A stretch of 64,000 nucleotides of DNA, taken from positions 128,833 to 192,832 of the forward strand of contig CAZWIT010000002.1 in the NCBI GenBank assembly GCA_964633905.1, read 5' to 3'. The DNA is from an uncultured Gammaproteobacteria bacterium. Lineage in GTDB: Bacteria; Patescibacteriota; Patescibacteriia; UBA1558; GWA2-36-10. How positions within the stretch are numbered: the stretch's first letter is position 1; every line of letters starts with the position of its first letter. Made by a program: the position numbers and the translations under genes. The notes under the pieces are model-generated. The model had not been told where the DNA came from. It did not search any database and saw only the letters and a program-made list of their open reading frames with translations. Below, in pieces: positions 37,678 to 48,300 of the stretch.

Positions 37678-38820
37678 GTGAAGTTAGTAGAAACTAAAAT
37701 TTATTTAAAATTTATTGTTTGGTTTATTGGTGTGGCTTTGCTGCCCATGGTGCTATTATTGCTATCTTTTTATTTAGCGGGCCAAGATGGGGTTAGCCCA
37801 TTTTTATCTAATTTACCGACTATTATTTGGATTGGAATTTTCTCTTCTTTGGCTTTAGTTTTATTATTGTCACTACTAGCGACTCGTTATTTATCTAGGA
37901 TAATAACTTCACCAGTACAACGTTCGGTTAATGAGCTTTCTCAAGTGGTAGATTTGCTCTTAAAATCTATTCAAAATTTATCTACTATTAGCCAAAGTAA
38001 TAATCAGATTTCTCAAGTTTTAACTATCACCAGCCAACAACAGCAGTTAGGCTTAAAAAATGGTGGCAAGGCTCTAGCTAGTATGGTTTCAGCTTTGAAT
38101 AAGATTAGCCAAAAAACAGAATTAGTTACTAGCGATGCTATTAAGACTGATAAGCTTGCCAAAGAAGGAGCGACTAAATCAAATAAAGCCATAGCTAGTC
38201 TTTCGGCAGTTAGAAATTTATTAACTGAACATCAAAAATTAAGTCAAGCTTTGCAGGCCTATACTAATAAAGTTGTAGATATAGCTAAAAGAGTGGCTGT
38301 GGTAGCAGATACGGCTAGATTTTTTAGCTTAAACATGTCGATTGAGGCTAATAAAACAGCTTTAAGTGAGGATTTTGTTGATTTAGTGGCACAATTACGC
38401 GATTTGAATATGGCTAGCGAAACCGCAGCTAGTAGTATTCAAAATTTATCTGAAGAAATGCGTCGTCATATTGAACAGTCTAAACAGTCGACTATTTTTG
38501 AGTGGCAAGAAACTAATAAAAGTATTGATACTGTAGTACAAACTCTTAATTTTTTTGACAAAATTATCAAAAATGTTGCCCAAATTACGGATAACATCCA
38601 AGTAATTAATCAAGAAAGTTCAAGTACCTATCAAAAGGCTGGCGATATTAATACTATGATCAAAGATTTGACTAAACAATCACAATTACTAGTTAAGCAG
38701 ACAGATGATATTACTAAAGTAATTCAAAATCAATTGGTGGTAACCAGGTCTTTAAATAAATCATCTTTGTCTTTAAATGAAGTTACAGATTCCCTAGATA
38801 ATTTAGTAGGTAGTAAATAA
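37678..38820 (+). CDS. Divergent methyl-accepting chemotaxis protein lacking a sensory domain
   Basis: Two TMs with ~15-aa loop, SRIITSPV HAMP-like start, coiled-coil signalling domain with tip VADTARFFSLNMSIEANK...FVDLVAQLRDL. Confidence 0.8.
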   Translation: MKLVETKIYLKFIVWFIGVALLPMVLLLLSFYLAGQDGVSPFLSNLPTIIWIGIFSSLALVLLLSLLATRYLSRIITSPVQRSVNELSQVVDLLLKSIQNLSTISQSNNQISQVLTITSQQQQLGLKNGGKALASMVSALNKISQKTELVTSDAIKTDKLAKEGATKSNKAIASLSAVRNLLTEHQKLSQALQAYTNKVVDIAKRVAVVADTARFFSLNMSIEANKTALSEDFVDLVAQLRDLNMASETAASSIQNLSEEMRRHIEQSKQSTIFEWQETNKSIDTVVQTLNFFDKIIKNVAQITDNIQVINQESSSTYQKAGDINTMIKDLTKQSQLLVKQTDDITKVIQNQLVVTRSLNKSSLSLNEVTDSLDNLVGSK

Positions 38821-38821
38821 G

Positions 38822-39238
38822 ATGGCAAGTATTGGTAAAAAATACATTTTAATAAAGATTAACGAAGAGCAATGGGCTTGGCCGCTTGAGTCTAGTAGTC
38901 AATTTTTTAACATCGATTATATCTTACCTTTGCCTAAGACAGATAAATATATAGCTGGCCTTGCTTATCAGCATGGGCGTATTTTGACTGTGCTTAGGGC
39001 TGATAAATTAATTGGTCATGCCAAAAGTAATTTAAATATGAAGCAGGCTTTGTGGTTTGACTATCGACAAGATGCTTATGCAATATTAGTTGATGCTGGT
39101 GGCGAAATCATAACTGTTAAAAATTTTTCTAATGATCCACAAAAGAAAATCTTCAAAAAATATTTTAAACATCAAGCCAGTAGAATATATTGTTTAGAGC
39201 CAGAATTAATCATGTCAATATTAAAGATTTATGATTAG
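38822..39238 (+). CDS. cheW: CheW-like adaptor
   Basis: ILPLPKTDKYIAGLAYQHGRILTVL..KLIG...AILVD match the CheW pattern; between MCP and CheA. Confidence 0.8.
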   Translation: MASIGKKYILIKINEEQWAWPLESSSQFFNIDYILPLPKTDKYIAGLAYQHGRILTVLRADKLIGHAKSNLNMKQALWFDYRQDAYAILVDAGGEIITVKNFSNDPQKKIFKKYFKHQASRIYCLEPELIMSILKIYD

Positions 39239-40790
39239 TAATAAATATCGAGAATTGTATATTACTAGTACTCAAGAACAGCTCAAAGAGCTAGCTGATT
39301 TATTTTTGTCTTTAGACAAGAATATGCAGAATAAAAATATTTTGGCTGATATTTTCAGATCTTTGCATTCTATGAAGGGCGCGGCCGCTACTATGGCTTA
39401 CAATAAAACGGTTGATTTTATTCATAATTTTGAGAGCATTATTCAGGCAGCGGCTACGGGTAAATTAAGTTTAAATAAAGATTTGTTAGATTTATTTATC
39501 ACTCTAGTTGATCATTTGCAAGATAATTTACATAGTATTAGCAGTCAGGATAAAGAGCGAGATTTTAGACAGGACAATGGCGATTTACAAAAAATTCTAA
39601 AACAACCTAGTGCTAAAATTATTAAGTTAAATAATTTGTCTGTTAAAAAAGAAGAAAATTCTGATCTAGTATCATCCCGACAAATTAGTGATTTGAGTTT
39701 AGCGGTCAGTAGCCTGGATCAGGTTCAAGATACTATGGATGATTTATTAGTTAGTATCATGTCGATTAAGGCACAAGCTTTAAAAAATGGTCAAGTTGAT
39801 CTTTTAGCCAGCGTCTTATCAGCTGATACTTTGGCTAATAATTTAAGAAGGCAGTTAGAACGTTTACGCGTTATTCCTTTAGCTACAGCTTTATCGACTT
39901 TGCCTTATTTAGTGCGATCGGTGGCTAAAGATGAAAATAAAAAAGTAAAGCTAGTTATTGAAGATAATAATTTATCTTTGGATAAATCAATGGTAGACGA
40001 TCTACTGGAAATTATAATTCAACTAGTCAAAAATTCAGTTGTTCATGGTATTAAAACTAAGCAAGCAAACGGTCAGATTAATGTTGTGGTCAATTTAATG
40101 TCAGATCATGTAGTGGTTAAAGTTAGCGATAATGGTCAAGGTATTGATTGGCATAAAGTAAAAATTTTGGCTATCAAAAAAAAGATAGTAAGTAGTAGTC
40201 AAGCAGCAAAACTCTCCGCCTCTCAGATTTTGAATTTATTGTTTCATGTAAATATGTCTAGTCAAAAACATCTAGACATTAATGCGGGCAGGGGAGTTGG
40301 TTTGAGTTTAGTAAAAAGTAAAGTTTTTGATTTAAATGGCACGATTCAGGTGCAGAGCGTAGTGCACAAGGGTACTACTTTTACTATGAAATTTCCTTTG
40401 CCCTTATCAATTTTTAAGAGTTTATCTTTTCAAATTGGTGATTGGGTGCTGGCGATTCCTTTATCACAAGTTGATAAAGTCGTACGTTTGCCAGAATTAA
40501 AAGATCTTTCTAAGGATAAGTTTTTTACTTATCATAAGCAAAGATTAAAATTGGTATCAATTTTAAAAATTTTGCCTTTAGAAAAATTTTCTAGTTTAGC
40601 AAAATATATCTTATATTTAAAAACGGAAGATGTTTTAAAAGCTTTGCCGATTTTCGGTAATTTAAAAGAAAGCGAGTTAGTTATGAAGTCAAGTCCTGCA
40701 ATTTTTCGTCAATTGCCGTATTTACGTGGTGTGGCAGTTTCTTCGGCGGGCAGGCCAGTGTTAATAATAGATGTTAATAAATTGAACTAA
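39231..40790 (+). CDS. cheA: Compact CheA histidine kinase (Hpt, dimerisation, HATPase, P5; no P2)
   Basis: IFRSLHSMKGAA, QLVKNSVVHGI, DNGQGID, AGRGVGL, KGTTFTMKFPL, P5 AIPLSQV...GRPVLIIDV. Confidence 0.9.
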   Translation: MISNKYRELYITSTQEQLKELADLFLSLDKNMQNKNILADIFRSLHSMKGAAATMAYNKTVDFIHNFESIIQAAATGKLSLNKDLLDLFITLVDHLQDNLHSISSQDKERDFRQDNGDLQKILKQPSAKIIKLNNLSVKKEENSDLVSSRQISDLSLAVSSLDQVQDTMDDLLVSIMSIKAQALKNGQVDLLASVLSADTLANNLRRQLERLRVIPLATALSTLPYLVRSVAKDENKKVKLVIEDNNLSLDKSMVDDLLEIIIQLVKNSVVHGIKTKQANGQINVVVNLMSDHVVVKVSDNGQGIDWHKVKILAIKKKIVSSSQAAKLSASQILNLLFHVNMSSQKHLDINAGRGVGLSLVKSKVFDLNGTIQVQSVVHKGTTFTMKFPLPLSIFKSLSFQIGDWVLAIPLSQVDKVVRLPELKDLSKDKFFTYHKQRLKLVSILKILPLEKFSSLAKYILYLKTEDVLKALPIFGNLKESELVMKSSPAIFRQLPYLRGVAVSSAGRPVLIIDVNKLN

Positions 40791-40791
40791 T

Positions 40792-41211
40792 ATGGAAAAT
40801 AAGTTAGGGAAAATTTTGTTTGTTGATGATGATAATTTTTTACGCAAAGTTTATCAGTCAGAATTAAGTGAGCGTAATTATGAGGTAGTGTTAGCGGCTG
40901 ATGGTTTAGAGGGTTTAGAAAAGGCACAACTCGAAGATCCAGATTTGATTATTTTAGATATGATTATGCCTAAGAAAAATGGTTTCGAAGTCTTGACTGA
41001 ATTACAACGTAACCCCAAGACCCGTAGCATACCAGTGATTATTTTATCTAACTTGGGTCAGGAAGATGATAAAAAGAAAGGCATTGATTTGGGAGCAGTG
41101 GATTATTTAAAAAAGGATAATATGACTTTAGATTTATTGGTGGAAAAAATTAGTCAATATTTGAATTCTAAAACACATAGTAAACAAGCTAAAAATAATC
41201 AAGTAGTTTAA
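40792..41211 (+). CDS. Single-domain response regulator (CheY-like)
   Basis: KILFVDDD, PDLIILDMIMPKKNG, VIILSN, GAVDYLKK; no output domain. Confidence 0.92.
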   Translation: MENKLGKILFVDDDNFLRKVYQSELSERNYEVVLAADGLEGLEKAQLEDPDLIILDMIMPKKNGFEVLTELQRNPKTRSIPVIILSNLGQEDDKKKGIDLGAVDYLKKDNMTLDLLVEKISQYLNSKTHSKQAKNNQVV

Positions 41212-41222
41212 TAATAAATAAG

Positions 41223-42908
41223 ATGGCGGCTTTATCGGAAGAAAAAATTTATCAAATTATTAGTAAAATCGGTTTAGTAAAACAGGATGTTTTGGACATG
41301 TCCGTCAAGACTGCCCAAGAGAAAAAAATTGATTTAGCAACTTTTTTGATTGAACAGGATTTACTTAAGCCGCAAGAGATTGGTCAGTTGGTTGCTAATA
41401 ATTTACATATTAAATATGCAAATCTGGCTAAAGAAAATATCAAGCCAGAAGTCCTGACACTATTGCCAGAGATTGTGGCGCGTAAGCAAAAAGTAGTTAT
41501 TTTTTCTCGTGATGTTGAGGGTACAAAAGTAGCCATGAGCGATCCTTTTGATTATCCGATGATCAAGGCCTTAGAAAAAAAATTAGGTGATAAAGTAATA
41601 CCATATTATTCTACAGATTATGAAATTACTAATGCTTTTCGACTTTATCGTCAAACTATTCAAAAAGAATATGTTAGTAATATTCAAAAAAATGCTATCA
41701 AAGCCCAGGGTGCTACCAAAGAGGATGTTTCTATTATTCGCTTAGTTGATGATTTATTAAGTTACGGTTTTATTAATCACGCTTCTGATGTTCATATCGA
41801 ACCAACGGAAAAAGAAGTAATAGTACGTTTTAGAATAGATGGCATTTTGTATGATGTTTTGAATTTTCCAAAAAGTATTTTGGAAATGATTGTCACTAGG
41901 ATTAAAATTTTAGCAAAACTTAGGACTGATGAAAGTCGTTCAGCTCAAGATGGTAAAATAATGACAGAAGTCGAAGGGGCACGCGTTGATATTAGGGTTT
42001 CAATTGTGCCTATTGTTAATGGTGAAAAAATAGTAATGCGTCTTTTGTCTTCACAGGGTAAGCAATTTAGTCTTGAAGATTTGGGCATGAGTGAACATGA
42101 TTTAACAATAGTTAATGAAGCAGCAGGTCGTCCTTATGGCATGATACTTTCTACTGGTCCTACTGGTTCTGGTAAAACAACTTCTCTATATGCCTTGATT
42201 AAAATTTTAAATCATAGAGATGTAAATATTTGTACGATTGAAGATCCAGTAGAATATAGTTTAGATGGCGTTAATCAGATCCAAGTCAATCCACAAACCA
42301 ATCTAACTTTTGCGGCTGGCTTACGTTCACTACTGCGTCAAGATCCTGATATTATTATGGTTGGAGAAATTCGTGATAATGAAACAGCTGGTATTGCTAT
42401 TAATGCCGCTATGACTGGGCATTTGGTTTTATCTACTTTGCATACCAATGATGCAGCTACTTCTTTACCACGTTTGATTGATATGCATATCGAGCCTTTT
42501 TTGGTAGCCTCAACTGTAAATATTATTATTGGTCAACGTTTGGTGCGTAAGATTTGTATGAAATGTATTTTTAGTTATACCTTGACGCCCAAAGAGTTAG
42601 AAGATTTGAAAAAAGAAATTAATATTGATAAATATTTGAATACCCAAGCTATACCAGAAGTTAGATTATATAAAGGTAAGGGCTGTGAGCATTGTAATCA
42701 TACTGGTTATGCAGGGCGTATTGGTATTTTTGAAGTTTTGCAAATGCAAGATAATATCAAAGAATTAATTGTGAGTAGATCTGATTCTGATCAAATTGCC
42801 AAACAAGCGCGAGCTAACGGTATGATCACCATGCTTGAAGATGGTTTTATTAAGTCAGTAGCAGGTAAAACTACTATTGAAGAAGTATTTAGAGTAACCA
42901 AACAATAA
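41223..42908 (+). CDS. pilB: Type IV pilus assembly ATPase PilB/GspE
   Basis: ASDVHIEP, TGPTGSGKTT, TIEDPVE, LRQDPDIIMVGEIRD, TGHLVLSTLHTN, CxxC..CxxC. Confidence 0.96.
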   Translation: MAALSEEKIYQIISKIGLVKQDVLDMSVKTAQEKKIDLATFLIEQDLLKPQEIGQLVANNLHIKYANLAKENIKPEVLTLLPEIVARKQKVVIFSRDVEGTKVAMSDPFDYPMIKALEKKLGDKVIPYYSTDYEITNAFRLYRQTIQKEYVSNIQKNAIKAQGATKEDVSIIRLVDDLLSYGFINHASDVHIEPTEKEVIVRFRIDGILYDVLNFPKSILEMIVTRIKILAKLRTDESRSAQDGKIMTEVEGARVDIRVSIVPIVNGEKIVMRLLSSQGKQFSLEDLGMSEHDLTIVNEAAGRPYGMILSTGPTGSGKTTSLYALIKILNHRDVNICTIEDPVEYSLDGVNQIQVNPQTNLTFAAGLRSLLRQDPDIIMVGEIRDNETAGIAINAAMTGHLVLSTLHTNDAATSLPRLIDMHIEPFLVASTVNIIIGQRLVRKICMKCIFSYTLTPKELEDLKKEINIDKYLNTQAIPEVRLYKGKGCEHCNHTGYAGRIGIFEVLQMQDNIKELIVSRSDSDQIAKQARANGMITMLEDGFIKSVAGKTTIEEVFRVTKQ

Positions 42909-42909
42909 T

Positions 42910-44124
42910 ATGATTTTTGTTTATCAGCTCACTGATAATAAAGGTAAAATTACCAAAGGGCGTCTAGAGGCAGCTAATATTGCCGAAGCTCGTAATCGTT
43001 TAGCCTTGCAAGACGGAACGATTGTTTCTTTAGAGCAATTTGTGGCCAAAAAAAGCTCATTAGCCCTATCCAAACAAATGGCCATTGGCAACATGCGCTT
43101 ATTAGATCGGATTATGTTTGCTAAACATTTGGCAGTCATGATTCGTTCTGGTATGTCTATAGATGCAGCTTTTGAAGTGCTAGCTGATAATCCTTCCGCT
43201 TTAGTTGCTAGCAGGATGAAAGGTATTCTAGAAGAAATTAGACGGGGGCACTCTTTAGCTGATGCCTTAAAAAAATATCCCAAAGATTTTGATAATTTAT
43301 TTATCAATATGGTAGCAGTGGGCGAGTCGAGTGGCACTTTATCCAAAAATTTAGAGCTGCTGGCTATGCAACAGCACAAGACTTATGATTTGCGTAATAA
43401 AATTAAAGCAGCTTCTATTTACCCAAGCGTAATTATAGTTGGTGTTATTTTTTTGATAGCTATTGTCTCTAAATTTGTGTTGCCAAGATTAACGGGATTT
43501 TTTACTGCCCTTGGTACTGATTTGCCTTTGTCGACTAAGATTATGATGGCGGTGGCTGGTTTTTTTGTAAATAGTTGGGGAATAGTAGTTGGAATTATTG
43601 CTTTAATTTTTGTGGGCATTATTATTATGTCTCGTTATTATGTAACCCGCCTTTGGTTGCATTATACTTTACTTAAAATACCATTGGTCGGTAAAATCAA
43701 TAGCCACGTTAATTTAGCTTTGTTTTGCCGGACTACGGCTTCACTTTTGACTAGCGGTATACCGATTGATCAGGCTCTTAATATAGTTAGTAATACTTTG
43801 ACCAACACTGTTTATAGGGAGCAGGTGGTTATTGTTTATCATAGTGTCTTAAAAGGAAATTCTTTAGCTGATGCTATGGCTAATAAAAAATATTTTCCAA
43901 CTATGTTACACCGTATGACTAAGGTAGGAGAAAATTCAGGAAACTTGAGTGAAGTTCTAAATTATTTAGCAGAGTTTTATGAGGAAGATGTTGATAATGC
44001 AACTAAGAACTTTTCCAATGTTTTAGAGCCGGCCCTATTGGTGGCCATTGGTTTAACAGTTGGTTTTGCGGCTATTTCTATTATTCAACCAATATTCAAA
44101 TTAATCAGCGTTACTGGAGCTTAA
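42910..44124 (+). CDS. pilC: Type IV pilus platform protein PilC/GspF
   Basis: FAKHLAVMIRSG, VGESSGTL, IYPS, VGENSGNL, LEPALL. Confidence 0.95.
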   Translation: MIFVYQLTDNKGKITKGRLEAANIAEARNRLALQDGTIVSLEQFVAKKSSLALSKQMAIGNMRLLDRIMFAKHLAVMIRSGMSIDAAFEVLADNPSALVASRMKGILEEIRRGHSLADALKKYPKDFDNLFINMVAVGESSGTLSKNLELLAMQQHKTYDLRNKIKAASIYPSVIIVGVIFLIAIVSKFVLPRLTGFFTALGTDLPLSTKIMMAVAGFFVNSWGIVVGIIALIFVGIIIMSRYYVTRLWLHYTLLKIPLVGKINSHVNLALFCRTTASLLTSGIPIDQALNIVSNTLTNTVYREQVVIVYHSVLKGNSLADAMANKKYFPTMLHRMTKVGENSGNLSEVLNYLAEFYEEDVDNATKNFSNVLEPALLVAIGLTVGFAAISIIQPIFKLISVTGA

Positions 44125-44156
44125 GGAATAAGTTAATTTTTAAAATAAAATTTACA

Positions 44157-45272
44157 GTGAGCAGTATTTTAAAAACAATAAAAAATTTAAAACATAATAA
44201 TTTTAATATTTCTCTAAAGGGTTTTACTTTGGTAGAAATTTTAATAGTAGTTTCAGTATTAATTGTGATTTCTGCTTCGGGCGTGGCGATTTTTTCTAGC
44301 CGTACTACCCAAGTTAGTCTAGATGCTAGCTCTAAAGAAGTGATAGAGATAATTTCCCAAGCACGTAATTATGCTGTTACTGGTTATTTTGGCGATGCTT
44401 GGGGTATTAGAATTTTAGACGATAGTAGTGCTTGCGTTGATAGTGGTGATTGCGTGGTGATGTTTAAGGGTGAGTCATACTTGAGCCGTGACATTGCCTA
44501 TGATCGTAGCGTTCAGCTTGATAAGGGGGTTTATATTGATGCTAGTTCTGCCAATGAGTTTTATTTTAAACCAGTAGCTGGCTGGCTAAGTACTACTACT
44601 GGCGCTTTGGCTCAGCAGCAACTTACTTTAAAAAGTAATGATGGTGATAGTGAAACCATTGCTATTGCCGCTAGTGGTATTTCTTATTATTTTTATTGTG
44701 GCATTGATGAAGTTTTTGATATAGATGGTAAATCTTATGAAACTATTCAGATCGGTGATCAATGTTGGATGAAAGAAAATTTAAATACAGGAGTCATGTT
44801 AGCTAGCGCTGCTACTAATCCTAGTGATAATGATATAGTTGAAAAATGGTGTAATGCTGATTCGGAGGCAAATTGTGCTAGTACAGGTGGTCTCTACAGT
44901 TGGGATGAATTAATGGGTTATATGATGTTGGGTTCATCTTGGCAAAATAGGGGGATTTGTCCTTATGGTTGGCATGTACCAACAGAAGCTGAGCTTGATA
45001 TTTTGACTTCAGCTTATCCGCCAGCTTCCAATGGTACAGCTTTAAAAATCGGTGGTATTTCTGGATTTGATTTGTTGCCAGCTAATGAAATGAACACTGA
45101 TACCAATACTTATGATGATGCAGATTTGAGCGTTTTGTGGACTTCTAGTGAAAATATTGCTTTTACTAGCGAGGCTTATATTCAATACGTAGATACGCCA
45201 AGTGCCAGCATGAATAAAACTACCAATGATAAGGATTGGGGATTTTCAGTAAGGTGTTTACAGAATGATTAA
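44157..45272 (+). CDS. Minor pilin (FimT/GspH-like) fused to Fib_succ_major (FISUMP) domain
   Basis: KGFTLVEILIV prepilin motif; YETIQIGDQCWMKENLN, GLYSW, GICPYGWHVPT, GFSVRCL. Confidence 0.85.
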   Translation: MSSILKTIKNLKHNNFNISLKGFTLVEILIVVSVLIVISASGVAIFSSRTTQVSLDASSKEVIEIISQARNYAVTGYFGDAWGIRILDDSSACVDSGDCVVMFKGESYLSRDIAYDRSVQLDKGVYIDASSANEFYFKPVAGWLSTTTGALAQQQLTLKSNDGDSETIAIAASGISYYFYCGIDEVFDIDGKSYETIQIGDQCWMKENLNTGVMLASAATNPSDNDIVEKWCNADSEANCASTGGLYSWDELMGYMMLGSSWQNRGICPYGWHVPTEAELDILTSAYPPASNGTALKIGGISGFDLLPANEMNTDTNTYDDADLSVLWTSSENIAFTSEAYIQYVDTPSASMNKTTNDKDWGFSVRCLQND

Positions 45273-45308
45273 TTTTATTTTTTAAAAATAGATTTGATTT
45301 TAGGGTAT

Positions 45309-48300
45309 ATGTTTAATAAAAAATCACATTATAAAATTAAAAAAAGAGGCAATGGTTTTTCTTTGGTGGAATTAGTAGTGGCTCTTGGGATTTTTGCTAT
45401 TGTATCTAGTGGTGTGATTTTTGTGGTGATTAATTCTTATCGTACTTATTATGGATCAGGTGACAGGCAGGTAGTAGTCCAATTTGCTCAAGAAGGCTTA
45501 GAAGCTGTCAAAAGTATCCGTGATAATAGTTGGCAGGGTATAGTAGCAGTCGCTGATGATAATGATCATGGAGTAATTAAAGTTAATGGCTTATGGCAGT
45601 TTAGTGGCACTAATAATACTTTAGGTGCTTTAACTAGGACCATTGTGATTAGTAATGTTAGTCGTGATGCTAGTGGTAATATCGATGCTGGTGTTACTTA
45701 TGATCCTAATACTAAAAAAGTAATAGTGACAGTTTCGGGATCTGGTATTTCTAATTATGTTTTAGTTAGCTTTATTACGAATTGGTCTCATCGTTATTGG
45801 GAGCAGACTGATTGGTCAGGAGTTGGTACTAGTGAATTTTGGAACAGTGCACTTAAAGCTTCCTCATCCTATTCTAATATTAGTACTGCTACACCCGGTG
45901 CTTTGACTTTGGCCTTATCGGCTGGTGGTACGCCTGGTAGCTATGGCGATTGGGGCGATGTTTATCCTTTGGCCACTACCACTTATTTTACTAATCAAAT
46001 TCACGGCATGGCTTTATCACCTGATCAAAGAACTTTGTATACCACTGGCAATGATACGGCTCAAAGTTTTAGGGCTTATGATGTTTCTCAAGCAAGAGCT
46101 GGTATTATCAAAGAATTATGGAGTATAAAATATAATACTGACGTGCTTTTGGTTAACGCAGCTACAGTAACAGTGCATCCTAATGGACGCTATGTTTATG
46201 TTGGTTGTTATGCTGCTACCGGTGTTACTGGTAGGTTAATTTTAATTATAGATACAGTGACTAGGCAGTATACGTTTTCTACTGGTGGTACGGCCGGCAG
46301 TTCAACTATGTATATAAATGATATTGTGGTTGATGCGGACTCCAATTATTTATATGCCTTGGGTCGTAATTTTAGAATTTTTCCTTTTCAAATTACTAAT
46401 GATGGAGCTACGCTAACTTTAGTGGGGAATAGTGCTGGCCAAATTATGGCAGGTGGCGCTCTTAATCGAGGTGTGATAGCAAATGGTTGGTTATATATAG
46501 TAACTTCAGATGGTCCTAAATCATTTCAAAAAATAAATATTTCTAATCCAGCTGCTTTGACTACCACAACTGGTGGCGGCTATGTTTTTGCTAACCCCAA
46601 TGGAGCTAGGCCTAGATATAATCTTAAATATATAGAAACAGTGGCTGATCAGCCTCGTTTTCTGGTGACTAATTATTCTGGTTCGTATGAGGTAGAAATT
46701 ATAGAAGATGATGGGACGTCAGCTACTACTATTGGTAATTTAGGTTTAACTAATAGTCTTTATTTTGATATAGCTGATGGTGGTTTAGATGCTAGAACTT
46801 ATTGGCTGTATAATTATTATGGTGATTTACAAGAAATATATATCAATACGAGTGGCGTGCCGACTATTACTGGATCAGTTTGCAATGGCCGAGCTTGTAA
46901 GTATGGAAATTATTATCAGGATGTAGTTAGTAGTAGTAGTTTTTGGGCTGATAATATGGTTTACAGTAGCGTTTTAGGTGGTTTGATATTATTAGAATAT
47001 CAAGGTGCGACACCAGCTACTTATAATATGTACTTTGTTCCTAAAACTGAAACCAGGGCTAACGGCGCTACTTATTCTTATCGGCGGGCAATTACAATTG
47101 ATCATACTAAAGTATCTACTGAAGATCAAAGTTCTTTTCCAGTGCTCATTTCTGGAACCTATAGTTATTTAAAAACAACTGCTAATGGTGGTAATACCCA
47201 GAGTGATTATGGTTATGATATTATTTTTACCTCAGATATTGACGGCAATACGATACTTGATCATGAGATCGAAAGCTATTCTTCTAGTACGGGGGCTTTA
47301 ACTGCTTGGGTCAGAATTCCGACGCTATCATATACTGCGGACACTACTATTTATATGTTTTATGGGAATAACACCATTAGCACTTCACAAGAGAGAGCAA
47401 ATAGTGTTTGGGATGGTAATTTTAAGTTTGTTAGTCACATGGCTGGCAATGGTACGGACTCGGTGCGTAATGATTCTACTTCCGATAATAATTCTTTTTA
47501 TAAGTATTCAGGTGACCCTAGTACTTTTGATGTAGCGGTTTCAGCGAGTTCTGATGATGCCCAAGAGTTAGTTTCTAATGGCACTGTTACTACCAATGCA
47601 GATCCTTTGCATATGTCTTATAACGGTGGCACTTATTATACTGGTTTACGTTTTCAAAATGTGCAAGTGCCACAGGGATCTACAATTATTAATGCTTATT
47701 TAGAATTTCAAGCAGGTACACAATCAGGGGTTAATGGTGATGCTATTAATAATGTTATAGCCGCTGAAGCTACAGATGACGCAGCTACTTTTGCCGCTAC
47801 TAACTATAATATTTCCTCAAGATCAACCACTACTAGTTTTGTGACTTGGAGTTGGGCAGCAGCTTGGACAGCTGGCACTCTTTATCGTACTAATGATATT
47901 AGTCCAGTTATTAGAGAAGTTATTAACCGGCCTGGTTGGGTTAGCGGCAATGACATGGCTTTTAGGATAGCGCCTGATCCAACACAAACTTCTAAAAAGG
48001 TTGCAAAATCATATGACAATGCTACTTGGACCAGTACCACTAGTCCGCGTTTATATATTAATTATGCTTCTAGTACTAGTGGTCAAATAAATAGTGGTGA
48101 TTATTTTGATAACTATGGAGATAAACTATATGCTTTTGCTAATTATAAATCATTATGGCAAAACACTTCTGATTTTACTGCTGAATTTTGGGTTAAATAT
48201 GCTGGTGGCATGTCAGCATCTAATTACGCTTGCATTTTATATAAAGGCAACGGTGATGCTGGTGTGCAAGAAGGTTGGTATATCCGTTTTTTGGGTAGCA

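Noticed and set aside
44157-45272. Fib_succ_major (C-type lectin-like) domain as a diversity-generating retroelement target
   Set aside because: No reverse transcriptase and no second near-identical copy (template repeat) of its 3' end were seen in the window
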